Source: Octopus vulgaris
Taxonomy: Eukaryota
Assembly: GCA_951406725.2 (NCBI GenBank)
Contig: OX597831.1
Location: 62,372,001 to 62,436,000 of the forward strand
Direction of reading: 5' to 3'
Length of the DNA stretch: 64,000 nt
A program made the translations under genes and the position numbers. Of this stretch, positions 39,816-54,304 are shown in pieces. The notes beneath the pieces are model-generated. The model was not told where the DNA came from. It did not search any database and saw only the letters and a list, made by a program, of their open reading frames with translations. Position 1 is the stretch's first letter; every line of letters starts with the position of its first letter.

Positions 39816-40143
39816 TGTCTGTGTTACAGTATATGTATGTGTATATGTTTCTGTAGGTGTAGACAGACAGGAAGGCACACAGAAAGATACATACATACAT
39901 GCATACATACACATGCATACATACTAGAAGATGGATGATAGTAACTTCGAAATGTTGACCAACTAAATAACATCGAATAAAGTCGCATTCTCTCCGATAT
40001 TGTAACCATTTAATACACTTGTATGTTTCCCCGAATTTTCAGTAATACTATATTTTAATATTAATTTGCTTTTATTAATGAGTAACATAATAAATAAACA
40101 TAATTAAATCTCAGAATGAGATTGAAACAGTAATCGCTCGATA

Positions 40144-40425
40144 ATGTAAAGTATAGAAGCCATCTTATCATGGCTAACCACATTGGGGAGGGGGTTGTTA
40201 CAGTAGCTTTATAGCCCCAAGAGATCTTCGTCTCTAGCTGGCTCTAAACACAATATCTGTGTCTTTGAAGTATTTGCAAAGGGAGGCCATTGCAAATACT
40301 CCAAAGACACAGATATTGTGTTTAGAGCCAGCTAGATTCGAAGATCTCTTGGGGCTATAAAGCTACTGTAACAACCCCCTTCCCAATGTGGTTAGCCATG
40401 ATAAGATGGCTTCTATACTTTACAT
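40144..40425. repeat. Near-perfect 282-bp inverted repeat (136-bp arms, 10-nt loop)
   Basis: Arms 40144-40279 and 40290-40425, about 4 mismatches by eye, loop AGGGAGGCCA. Confidence 0.97.
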
Positions 40426-40436
40426 AATAAATAAAG

Positions 40437-41841
<1,405 letters not shown>

Positions 41842-44800
41842 CTGTGTGTGTTTGCATGTGCGTTTGTGTTTGCGTTTAGGTGTTTATGTGTGATTGTTTG
41901 GGGTGTTCTTGATTGTGTGCATGTGTGTGCATGTATGAATGCGTAAGTATATTCAGGTATATATTTCTTCTGTATGTATCTATATATGTATATATATATA
42001 TGCATATATACATGTATGTGTATCCAGACATGTATATGCATGCATTCCTGTACTTGTCAATGCATTGTTCACTAATACTTGTGTTCGGATATTTTAGACA
42101 ATGACAAAATGCCGATATTCTTTATCTGGAGCTAAATTTATCTCATAAAGTTACAAACTCCAGCTCATAAATGTCGTTGTGGGAAAGGCATTGAATGAAA
42201 GAGATTGGTATTAAAGAAAATGCATGATATATAATAACAAAATATATCAAAAAGGTTCAACTAGCGTTATAGCTCTTGTTGCCATAATAACCTATAATTT
42301 AATTGTCATATAATTACTTATCGTTTAATTTGACAGTCGTTTACAAAGAGGAAAATACATACCAATTACAGTCACGTGTAAGATAAGTATTTAGTTGTTG
42401 ATGTTGTTTAGCCGCGAGTCAGTTTTCATTAAGAAAAGTTATGGCAAGGCATTTCAGCAGAGACTACGCTGTCTTTTCCTACGTATGTGTGTACCTTTTT
42501 TCAGTTGACAGATTTTTTATTTAGGAGAGCCAAGCAAACGCTCGAATACTCCTACTTGGCTCCGAAATACTTTAGTATCTCTACTAGATAAATATGTCAT
42601 GAAACAGTATTTGTAAAAGAGAATATTAAAAATGGAATATATTCAATCATATAACATTGTGGCACATTAAAAGGTAATCGAGAAATGAACTTTTAGGAAA
42701 AAGTAGCAGCAATTCCAAACGCATTTGGAATTGTATAGTATACTGAGATATACACATTACTTGCAATAAAAGGAATAGTTCCCATTTGTACGATAATGAA
42801 ATCGGAAAAATTGTAGGAAACCTTGGGAGAGAAGGCTGTAAATTTGATAATGCAAGCACAATGCGTATTTGGACATTTAATAGGAGGTTTATAATTTGTC
42901 TTTAAACTCATGCTTTACTACTTGAAATTACAGACACCCCGTAGAGGAATATTTAGAATTAAATGTATCAATACTAAGTAGAGTAGTGTTTATCTATGTA
43001 GCAGTTAATCGAAATAGAGGTATTCATAAAAGGAAAATAGATTTGCCTCATAGCGCTTCTCTATCGATTTTATCGAAATCAATATTAATATACAAATTCA
43101 GCTTAATCGATAAAAGGCAGGTATATGTTCACGGGAAAATAAGACTAACGCTCACATGGTTTTAAGTATTGATATATTTTCCATTCTATCAATACCTTTA
43201 TCAGATTTGGTAGAGAGATTGAAATGCGTTACTTCTATACATTGACAAATTAACTAAAACTAATTTAATTGATGATGAGTCATAATGAATTATTATAACA
43301 CACAAAATATCCTAGACAGCTTCTTCATCAACATGGTAATGATAGTTTTATGGTAAATTGTAGACTTCAAATCGTATATGGTACTGTTTGGATATTTAGT
43401 TCTATAAAGCTTCACTTCCAAATTATAGATCAAACGTGATATATTCACTCCACGAAAATTAATATGTAAATAGTTGCATGGGAACAGGCTGACAAGGAAA
43501 TCTATCACTTTGACGATACATGGATAATTTCATACATCTACGATCCAACTTCAGAAACCTAGTGACTGATATAGGTAAAATTCAGAATTCACCACCGTCC
43601 CCCAATATTCATACACCACTCCCAGCACAGATACCAAACCTGAAGCTATCTGAATTTGTTTTGACCACGTACATCCTACTAGTCGCATGTAATAGCATTA
43701 ACACCATTATGATATTAAAGAGGAAATGAATAGATAAGTATTTTGACCGGACACATACAAACATTGCTTTTTTCATGATGATAGTTGTGGTTTGACGAAG
43801 AATTGACAAGTATATTTAGATCAATACGTGAGTTTTCGGATTGTGTTTCCTCGTATATTTAACCCATGTCATTTTTCTATCAGCGGGATTTAAAATGATG
43901 TGCATCTGCAAAAACAATCTACAGGAAATTTCATTTATTGCTCCTGTAATAAACAATTTGGCCAAAATACCCCAAATGATTAACTGCAAAAACTAAAGAT
44001 GTCCATAAATAGTGTGTACCAGTATGCAATCATTGCAAAAGTTTACAAGCAAATACTCGTGAAAATTAATTGATTGAATGCAGCCTGAAAAAATGCAGAT
44101 TTCATATTTTACCCTACTCGTTATATTGATGTATAAGATTTTTTGTCTGCGTTTAGGATTTCAAATTGTTCTTGTTACTGTACCTCTTTACCTGTTCTGT
44201 CATTTCAATTGTATGCTGAGTCAACAAACCAGCATCAGTAAAAATGCTCACATTTCTACTATTCAATCTCCTACTTGATGTAAAGGAAGTAATATCCATG
44301 AAAGAAGATATTATGCAGATTAAGCTCAGCGTATGCACGATCAATCTCTCGATTGGGATTTGAGCCACATATCAAGACAAGAAAAGTTTTCAAATCTAAT
44401 ATTAGCAGACATGTTGCAGAACATAACGAACCGTTTGCATGTATTGCACTATATTCGTTTTTCGCTTTCATATCTTATCTTGTTTCAAAATGAGGACTCG
44501 ATTAAGAAGTTTTAATCTTGTTATTTAAATGTACTTCGTAATCGGCAAACATGGATAATTTGCAACCTTTTTTTTCACGTTCAAGCAATCTGTGAGGCTG
44601 TGTTGACAACTGCATACATAATTTCGCTTATTGATTCCATTAAAATTCTTATCAGGAAATAGTTTCATCTCCATTGCAGGGACATGAAAACTAATATAAA
44701 TTTTACTTTTGCCTGTACTTGGTACTGAAACTTCCAATCTAAGGTCTGTTGTTACTGTTAAATACTCTGAAACATAACTAACTGTATGACGCGTATTTCA

Positions 44801-45689
44801 AAATGACTTCCCTAATGAAAGAAAAAATCTCCTAAGAGACATTAATCATTGCAGGACATTTTTTAAATTCCAAAATCAAGCGATGCCGTTATAGTGAGAG
44901 TAAAATCCAACGTATACCCTCACATAATGCTAAATGCGTTTCCGCATGTTACATAATTCAATAATAAATTTGTTGGCAGGATACTGGAAATGGCAGGGCA
45001 TGATGATGTACCTGTTTTCAATTACTTTGGACTTTGTTTTTTTTCCAACTTCGAATTATTCTGATAAAAATTATACTCTGTTTAATAATTAATAAGTCAA
45101 GATAGTTTTTTTTTTCTTTTCACGCATAAACCATTAAACACATACGTTTTACATTGAAGTGACAGGCATTAAAAGGTTGGATCTTCAGTTTTTGCTGCAA
45201 TATACAATAATTGCACAACAGCGCATAGAAGAATGTGAAGTTCTACTACTGCTGCAGTTTTTAATATGGCTTTACTCTGCTACTTGTTGCTTACCAAATT
45301 TTGATTTCATCGAGTCTAACCAAGTCCCAGCTAGAAGTAAGTGAGTGGCAAAATAATTGAAAATTGAAGTCTCTGTCTCAATAGAATTGATACCTTAAAT
45401 AATGGCGAGCATTATACACCCTGAATCTAGGGTCATTTTCATCGCAGATGGCATGCAAAAAGAAACGTGCGTATTAAAATGGTTTCTTTGCTTTGTTTGT
45501 CTGGGTACCAAAACTGTAACCTGCCATTATTCTGTTCCCTTTAATAAGACTTGAGATCAATGTTCTACTATCGTAAAGTATAGAACGCCTTTAAGGTTCA
45601 CTAATGTTTCGATATTGTTGATGCTTATAATTTAGTTATGAGTTTTAGGCATAATGTATTGTATATGTACCCTATGGTAAAACTATTCC

Positions 45690-45985
45690 AGTCATCCTAT
45701 TCGTCTTCAACGAGGGGGCGAGGAAAAGCAAAGGATGATCTGAACGAGATTTGAACCAAAAATGCAAAAAGCTAGCAGAATAGCCATAAGGCGGTTATTC
45801 CGTTTCTATAACGATTCTGCCAACTCATCTGCCTTATTACTTATATTAATAGTTTCAAATTTCGATCCCCGTACAGGAAATTTAGAAGATGCGATAAGCG
45901 GATTACCAGTGCTCAACAAATACTTATTTTAGGGAACTTGAAAGGATGAAAAGTAAAGTCGAGCTTAGCTACACTTGAACACAGT
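45690..45985 (-). mobile_element. Two very diverged SINE family A units
   Basis: gattctgccaactc (head, reverse complement) and aggatgaaaagtaaagtcgagc body remnants. Confidence 0.55.
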
Positions 45986-46078
45986 TGAGATTTCCTTTAC
46001 AAATTTAATAAAAAGGTTGTACATAATACAAAAAACATGTCTGTCTCTTATTTTGTAAGCATGTGTTTACAAATATAA

Positions 46079-46114
<36 letters not shown>

Positions 46115-46215
46115 CTGTATGTCCGTGTGTTTGTGCGCGCCTGTAAACATTTACTCAAACATATGCATGTATATGAACACACACACACACTCACACACAC
46201 ACATACACACACACT

Positions 46216-46270
<55 letters not shown>

Positions 46271-47196
46271 ACATATTTCACATGAACACACGCACATACA
46301 GATGTATAGATGTATAGATGTATAACTTTGTGTGCATATATGTGTGTGTACTAGAACATTTGATAAGTAAGGTTTCCTCTCTCAGATTGTACAAATGACC
46401 TCCGTTCTTTATGTATTCACGCTATACACTATGAATTTTACATTAAGTTGTAAGTAAATGTGATCACTCATACTGGGAATCCTTTTGTAAAATCAACGAA
46501 AAGTTTTTTTCTTTCGTTTTTTTCTGTTCCTATTTACATAGCAATGCAATATAATTTCTCCAGTAAAGAATAATAAATATAGTGTGCTATTGACGCAGTT
46601 ATTATCTGACTGGCTTCTTCCTATGGAAGGAAGGTATAAAAAACAGTAATATTTGCGATAGCTGAAAGGTATGAGGTTTTCGGATGAAAACAGCTAATTA
46701 ATTCTATGAATAATATAAAAATGGAAAATATAACCAATCTAGAATACATAGTGTGCATTATAGCCTTGAAATGTATACCGTACTACGTAGTGAACAAATT
46801 ATTACAAAAGCTCGTACTGCCTATCTTCATATTCAAATGTTGAAATTGTATTTTCTTCGTGTGTCTCAATTCACCGAACCATATTTCATCATAATGTGTT
46901 CAAAGGAATTCTATCATGTATAAACATTGAATCACGCACTACTGTAAATTAGTTTTTGTTTGTAAAAGCTATGAGCATAGGGAGAAATCTTAGTCCCTAC
47001 GAGGTCGTGTTACATGCTAGAAATAGCGTTTCACATCTGCCTTAAATTATATCCTGTTCTCTGTAGAAATTAATATGGAAATAGGATAGCAAAATTCGAG
47101 TAACACCACATCTTTGAAATAATGAGACACCGTTCTATATGGCATACACACATGCATACACACATGAGCGCGCACACACACACAAACATACACACA

Positions 47197-47286
<90 letters not shown>

Positions 47287-49372
47287 TATATACGTATTAT
47301 ACTATATGTATAAATACAACAATATCTGTTTCAACACACCATTTCACATCAAAAATCTTGCAAAACAAATATATAAACGTAACAATATAATATATACATA
47401 TTCGAATTATGTATATATATCCTCCGAATTATAAGAAACCAACGAATATATACATATACATACATACATACATACATACATACATTAATTTGTGTGAGAA
47501 TGGCTGAGTGTGTAATGAGTTTAATTTGTACTTTATTTTCTATCGTGTTATACAATATCCGATTATCCAACAACGACTCTTGACTTATTTCTGTATCCCT
47601 TTTGCTCTGTTCTTAATAGATTCTCCTTGAGAAACCAATGTAATTATATAATCAGGCCAGATAATAATTTCGTGTCTAGTAGTGAGTAATGAGCTTTTAC
47701 TCTCTTCTCTTCTCATTTGTTTATACTTCTGTATATATACTTCTGTCCTTCATTTTGTCCTCCATGTTAGTGTTCCGTTTTATATTTCTTCACTATGAAA
47801 CTGTTGCATATACGTGTGTATGCTTGAAATATGTTTAACTCATAATCTATACACAACAATAACTAAGAGTTTTAAGCATTCTGTCGCATTCTGATCTGTA
47901 ATATTTATTTTTAGTTTGTCGTATTAACTAATTTTTTTTTCTCATTTCATTTTAAACTTAAGTACCCAAATTGCTTGTCAGTTGTGTTGGATCTCTTTGT
48001 TACAAATATTTGACCCAAAGTTTGTAACTCTTTCGTTATTTGTTACATGATTCTCCTGAAGTTTATTTAGTCAATTATAGGTCAAATTTGCTTTGATTGT
48101 TCCTGCTGGTAATGATATATTCTTTGCTTGTATCAAATATTTTTTACATAACATTGCCTTAATGCTTCGCTTAACACTCTACTAGCTACCTGCGATCCTT
48201 TATGCGTAACGTTGAAAATTTTGGGAAGACATCCCTATATTATTACTTCACCGCCTACATTATAATTATTGCATTTATTTCTCAAAAAATCTTCACCATT
48301 CTCTTCAACAGGATTCTTAAGACTCTATCACCATCCTAATTATTTGCTTGATTTATTTCGATCCACGTATTTCTACAGCAACAGAAATTGTGCATTATAT
48401 GTATTTATTTATATCAGCCTTATTCTCAATACCGAGTTTCATGAATAGCTTATCGAATCTCTCTACTGCTTTGCTCATTTTTCCCAATTTCGCTTACTCT
48501 CAAATCTGCTCATCTCCTTCGTTCATAAATTCGTACCTCGTTTATGCGTTGAAGTAAAGTCAGCTGCTCTTCTGTAATATGCTTTCCTTCCATGAAGTTA
48601 AACTTTTTTCCACCATTGCTACTATTTCTTTCCTTTAGTTGATCTATTGTTCTCTCTATCACTTATTATCAACATTCCTCTGATACATAGCCCCAATTTT
48701 TTTCCCGATAATTTGGAGTATTTCTGAATCTTATTTTCACAGGATTACGCTAATAGTAATTAAAGATTCTATCGCCACTCTCAGACCACTTTCTCCTAAT
48801 CCTTGTTGCATTAACTGAATAACGAATAGGCTCATACTGCTGTGTTGTATAACTCTTACCGTTTGGGAGATATTTACGACTATTCAATCACATTCACAGA
48901 GGAGTGAAGATAATTATAGCTACAATTTAACTCACAAAGGGGATTATGGTTTTAAGGCACCACAGCCACCGGAGTCTTTATCGAAACACCATCTACTGTA
49001 GAATGCTTGCCAAAGCTAAAGTGACCATTCTCTTTCTTGTTTTTTTCTTTTGTTGTTGTTGTTATTGTTGTGGACTTCAACCCGAAGATGTTTATTTCGG
49101 TTGTTTACGGTCACGACGAAATTATTGTATTTACTATTTTTACCGCCATGAAATGTTAGTGCAAATTGTGCGAATTACTTATGGCAATAACGAAAGAATT
49201 AACAACAAAGCACCACTTGGATGATCGTTGATTCTCCTGAGTTAATCTGCACTTTGACAGGATTATTACCCTCGTCACACAGTCACAATACATTTTCTTC
49301 TCCTTCTTCCCCTTCTTCTTCCTCTTCTTCTCCCTCTTTCTCTTCTTCTTCTTCTTCCTCTTCTTCTACTTA

Positions 49373-49422
<50 letters not shown>

Positions 49423-49423
<1 letters not shown>

Positions 49424-52400
49424 TATGTTTGACTTTTGCTTTATATTTGTACAAGTTGGCTCCGAGTCTCACCCAGAGACCTCAAGAGACAACAGGGTTG
49501 GAAGTTCATGTTGTTGTTATGCCTAGTGTGCCATATATTTGGGGGGTGGGGATGTTGTACTAATGAATGTCTAAAAACAAAAGGTTTTTTTGTTTTTTTT
49601 AAACCGAAAATTATGTTTGTTTTAAACCTTGAGATTACATAGAGAGTATTTTGCGTAGGATATGAGCAGTTCCCATGAGCACTATCTTTTGAACTTCTGC
49701 CATTTTTGGGTTTCCTGGTATCTGAGTTAGGTAGCTATCAGCCCCTTTTGCTATCATTCCCAGGGCACCTATGACAACAGGTATTGTTTTAGTCTTCAGC
49801 TTCCACATTTTGCTGATTTCTATTTCAAGATCTTTATATTTGCTCAGTTTTTGGTAGGTCTTGACAGATACGTTTATATCGATTGGGACAGTCATATCAA
49901 TGAGGAGGCATGTTCTTTGTTTGAAGTTTTTCAATATGATGTCTGGCCTATTTGCATCTATCTTCCTGTCAGTTTGAATGGTGAAGTTCCAGAGGAGTGA
50001 GATGTGGTCATTTTCAAGCACTGGGGGTGGTTTGTGTTCCCACCAGTTTTTTTCATGGGGCAAATCCAGGTTTTTACAGATTACCCAGTGAATATATTGT
50101 GCAGCTCTATCGTGCCTGTTGAGATACTCTGTAGGCGCTAGAAGACTGCACTTGGAGACCACATGGTCAATGGTTTCATTTTGTTGCTTGCATACACGAC
50201 ACGTTGGACTGCTTCTGATCTTTAATATGTTGGCCTGGTAGTTTCTTGTTGGTAGGCATTGATCTTGAGCTGCTATGATAAACCCCTCTGTTTCAGATTT
50301 TAAGCCAGAGGCCATTAGCCATTGATGGGTCAGGGCTTTGTCGATATCTGCATTATTCGCTCTCTTTGGGTATTTGCCATAGAGAGGTTTTTCTTGCCAT
50401 TTATTATTCAGAATATCTAAGGCCGCAGTTTTGGCACGGGTTTTCATGCGCCTAGCTTTTTCTGTGCTTGTTTCTTGTATATCTATCTCTAATTCCGAAA
50501 TTGGTTGTATTCGGAGTTCACTTAGATATTCCTTTGCCTGTTTTGTGACTGAGTATGATGCTTTCTTGTTTTCATGTTTTGAGACAAGTTTTAGCATCCA
50601 GTCCTCAGAGTTTTTCAGGTAGGTGTCTAGGCCAATTGTAGCAATCTTCATTGTTATTGTCAGTTGCAAAAGACCACGGCCTCCCTCTTTTCTTGGCAGA
50701 TATAGTCGTTCTGTATCTGCCTTAGGGTGGTGCATTCTATGCATTGTCAACAGTTTCCTTATTTTTCTGTCGAGCTGACATATTTCAGTAATTGACCAGT
50801 TAACAATATTGAAACTGTAAGTCACGACTGGTATAGCTAATGCATTGATTGCTTCGATCCTGTTTCTTGCATTCAGCTCTGTCTTGAGTATTGCTCTCAC
50901 TCTTCGATAGCATTCTCTCCTGATCCTTTCCTTCATCTCTGAATGCCTTATTCCGTTCCCTTCAATTATCCCTAGGTACTTGTAGCTCTCCGCTGGGTCT
51001 AGTTCTTTTATGACATTCTGTTGGTCAAGGTTAACGTTAGATGTTTCTGTCATTTTTCCTTTGATAAAGGTAGCCTTTGCACATTTATCGAGGCCGAATT
51101 GCATTCTGATGTCGTCACTGAATTGTTTGACTATCGCTAGTAAGCCCTTGAGTTGTTGATCATTTTTTGCAAAAGCTTTAAATCATCCATGTAAACGAGA
51201 TGATTTATATTTTTATCAAACATTTTATACCCGTACTGCGCGTCATTGAGCAGTTTGAGAGAGGTATTAAGGATAAACAAAAGAGGAGTGGTGACAGTGA
51301 GTCACCCTGGAAAATGCCACACGAAATGTTTACATCACCAGCATTTAGGGATTCACTGTCACTGTTCAGAGTTAGTGTGGTTCTCCATGATCTCATACTT
51401 ACAGTCAAGAAGTTTCGCAGAGTTGGTGCTATCTTATACATTTCAAGGCATTTCCTAATCCAGCTATGTGGTAGGCTATCAAAAGCCTTTTTATAGTCTA
51501 TCCAGGCTATTGATAAGTTTTTGTGTCGTTTGTGACAATCTTCTAAGATCATCTTATTGATGAGTAGTTGGTCTTTACAGCCGTAGGATCCACGTTTACA
51601 TCCTTTCTGTTCATTAGGGAATATGCTGCTGTCTGTTAAAAAACTATATGTATATTCCGTCAGGACAGATGTTAGTGTTTTGTACATAGTTGTTAAGCAG
51701 GTTATGGGTCTATAGTTTTTTGGTTCATTTGTTTCTTCACTTTTTGGAAGCAGGAATGTTAACCCATTAACTAGCCAAGGAGGCATCCTACTAGGGTGTT
51801 GCAAAACATCATTGTACAGTTCTGTTAGCAGTTCATGGCTCTCTGGGAAGGCATTCAGCCAGAAGTTAGGAATTTTATCCTTTCCTGGAGACTTCCATTT
51901 GCTTGACCTCCTTAGAGCAGATCTTATATCTTCTACCTTGACACCCTCCCACTTTTGCTCTTCTAAGGGGTCCAGTTCTGTAGATATTCTGTCAATCCAG
52001 GGGGCCTTTTCGTTGTGTGTTTTTTCTTCTGCCCAGATTTTATTCCAAAATCTCTGCACTTCTTCTTTTGATGGTACAGACCCTGCAGTAAACGCTGTTT
52101 TTCCTATCTTCCTGTAAAAATTCTTGGTGTTATTTTTGAACATGTTGTTGTCCTTGAAAAATCTAACACGCTTTTCATACCTCGCTATGCGGGCAGCTTT
52201 GGCAGATACCTTTTGTTTGATGGTTTCTATGGTGGCATCAATATCAAGTATAGTTTTCATATTGTATTTTTTCAGTAATTTTGGGGTTTTTGTAGGTTTG
52301 GTAATCTTGTGAGCCTTAAGGTTTTTCAAATATTCAATGTCAGATCTAAATATTTTAATTTGTTGTTGCAGACGCTCTTGCCAAGAAGGCTTTTTGTGGG

Positions 52401-52611
52401 ACTGTTGCCGTTTTCTAATCTTTACACCACATAGGATCGTTGAGATTTTCGCGGATGCATAGTATAGGTGGTTGAGGTTTGTGATATCAACATCATTAAC
52501 TGAAATTATATCCTTAAGTGCAAGCCGGATTTTACCAATTATTTTCATGTTTTGGTTAGAGTTGCGGATTTTAGGAAGTGTATCACGCTAGGATTTTAGG
52601 AAGTGTATCAC

Positions 52612-52612
<1 letters not shown>
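49423..52612 (-). mobile_element. Young 5'-truncated R4/Dong-clade non-LTR retrotransposon inserted in (TAA)n
   Basis: RT plus CCHC plus RLE coding region; 3' UTR ends in (AAT)n; (TAT)n on both sides. Confidence 0.95.
49635..52587 (-). CDS. RT / restriction-like endonuclease polyprotein with two 1-nt frameshifts (about 51255 and 51172)
   Basis: KSPGKD, NYRPITCL, WIDYKKAFDS, GIFQGDSLSPLLF, NHLVYMDDLKL (YMDD at 51182-51193, between the shifts), KYLG, CRVC..ETIDHVVSKC, RHD, NRPDI..LIDMTVP, KLSKY. Confidence 0.9.
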
Positions 52613-52646
<34 letters not shown>

Positions 52647-52656
52647 ATTATTATTA

Positions 52657-52715
<59 letters not shown>

Positions 52716-52752
52716 ATTATTATAATTATTATTATTATTGTTGTTGTTGTTG

Positions 52753-52800
<48 letters not shown>

Positions 52801-52803
<3 letters not shown>

Positions 52804-53690
52804 GATTGATTTTTGTTTTGCATTTGTACATGTTGGCTCCAAGTCTCACCCAGAGACCTCAAAAGACAACAAGTTGGAAGTTCATGTTGGTGTTATGCTT
52901 AGGGTGCCATATATTTGGTTTTGTACATAGTGTTGTTCTACAGAATGTTTAAGAAATCATAGGGAAATTATGTGTTTGTTATAAAATTTGAGATTACAGA
53001 AACAGAATCTTACGTAGGATATGGGAACTTCCCATGAGCACTATCTTTTGAATTTCTGCCATTTTGGGGTTTCTTCAGCCCATTTTTGCTATCATTCCTA
53101 GGGTACCTAGGTTTTGTTTTATTCCTCGGTTTCCACATTTTGCTAAATTCTATTTCTAGATCTTTATACTTGCTCAGGTTTTGGTAGGTCTTGACAGATA
53201 CGTATATATTGATTGGGATAGTCATATCAATGAGGAGGCATAATTGTTGTCTGAAGTCTTATGATATGATACCTGGCCTATTTGCATCTATCTTTCTGTC
53301 AGTTTGAATAATGAAGTTCCAGAAGAGTGAGATGTGACCATTTTCAAGGACTGGTTGTGATTTGTATTCTCACCAGTTTTTATCATAGGGCAAGTCCAGG
53401 TTTTTGCAAATTACCCAGTGAATTTATTGTGCAGCTCTAGATAGGCATTGATCTTGGGCTGCTATAAAAAACCCTTCTTTTTCTGATTTTAAGCCAGAAG
53501 CCATTAGTCATTGGTGTGTGAAGGCTTTGCCAACATCTGGATTATTCGCTCTCTTTAGGTATTTGATATTGACAGGTTTTCTTTCCATTTATGTCAGAAT
53601 ATCTAAGGCAGTAGCTTTAGCACGAGTTTTCATGCGCTTAGCTTTTTCTGCTTTTGTTTCTAGTACGTCTAATTCTGGAATTTGTTGTTG
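52801..53690 (-). mobile_element. Second Dong-like copy, 5'-truncated and internally deleted
   Basis: Colinear with 49423-50500 including the 3' UTR; bounded by (TAT)n tracts at 52613-52800 and 53683-53764. Confidence 0.9.
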
Positions 53691-53714
53691 TTGTTGTTAT
53701 TATTATTATTATAA

Positions 53715-53764
<50 letters not shown>

Positions 53765-54304
53765 GAGTGAGAGAGCAGTGCATGCCAGCAAAGTGACACT
53801 GGGGTAAAATATACGAAGCCCAGTATACCTATCATGACTACCCGTCTGATAAGGGTACACCAGGCACATGCATCACAACCATATGTGCGCGACATGGTGA
53901 TCTCATATCAAGGTAAACAGCACATGACCTTGCAGGTGGGGCCCAGTGAGTATTTTCTTCTGGTTGAGTTACCCATTCTGCTCAAAAGGTCCCTGAATAA
54001 GGGTTGTTTAAGGATGTTTCCAGAGGTGAATTGTTCAAACCCCAAAGAATCCCTCTCAACACATGGCTATGATGCTCCCCCACTAATTCTGCTCGTGTTC
54101 AGAGATGTACATTTCTTCATCCACTAAGGGAGATGCTCAACTGGTTAAGGTCAAGCAACTGACAAACAAATCTGTGGCATGGAGCAGAATATTTGCTGTA
54201 GCCCATCTTTTATACCAAGACAAAAGAATGTACATGATAACACTTCCAATCAGTTAAGATTAGAAGCCATGAGAGCCACTGCCTGGTATTGCATCAGGGC
54301 ATTT
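53765..54304 (-). mobile_element. Non-coding ~540-bp element embedded in (TAA)n, longer copy
   Basis: Matches 12716-13136 and extends about 130 bp further; TAT tracts on both sides. Confidence 0.85.

Noticed and set aside
39920-39970. CTAGAAGA..TTCGAAA..GTTGACCAAC hammerhead-like remnant
   Set aside because: Insertion in the core and no stem I; too degenerate to call
47560-48900. Purine-skewed minus strand suggesting decayed TE coding sequence (similarly 61380-61800 on plus)
   Set aside because: No motif could be recognised
54180-54304. HDV-like or hammerhead ribozyme at the 5' end of the TAA-embedded element (begins GCCCTGATGC on the minus strand)
   Set aside because: Could not build the nested double pseudoknot or a GAAA/stem III by eye; needs a descriptor search
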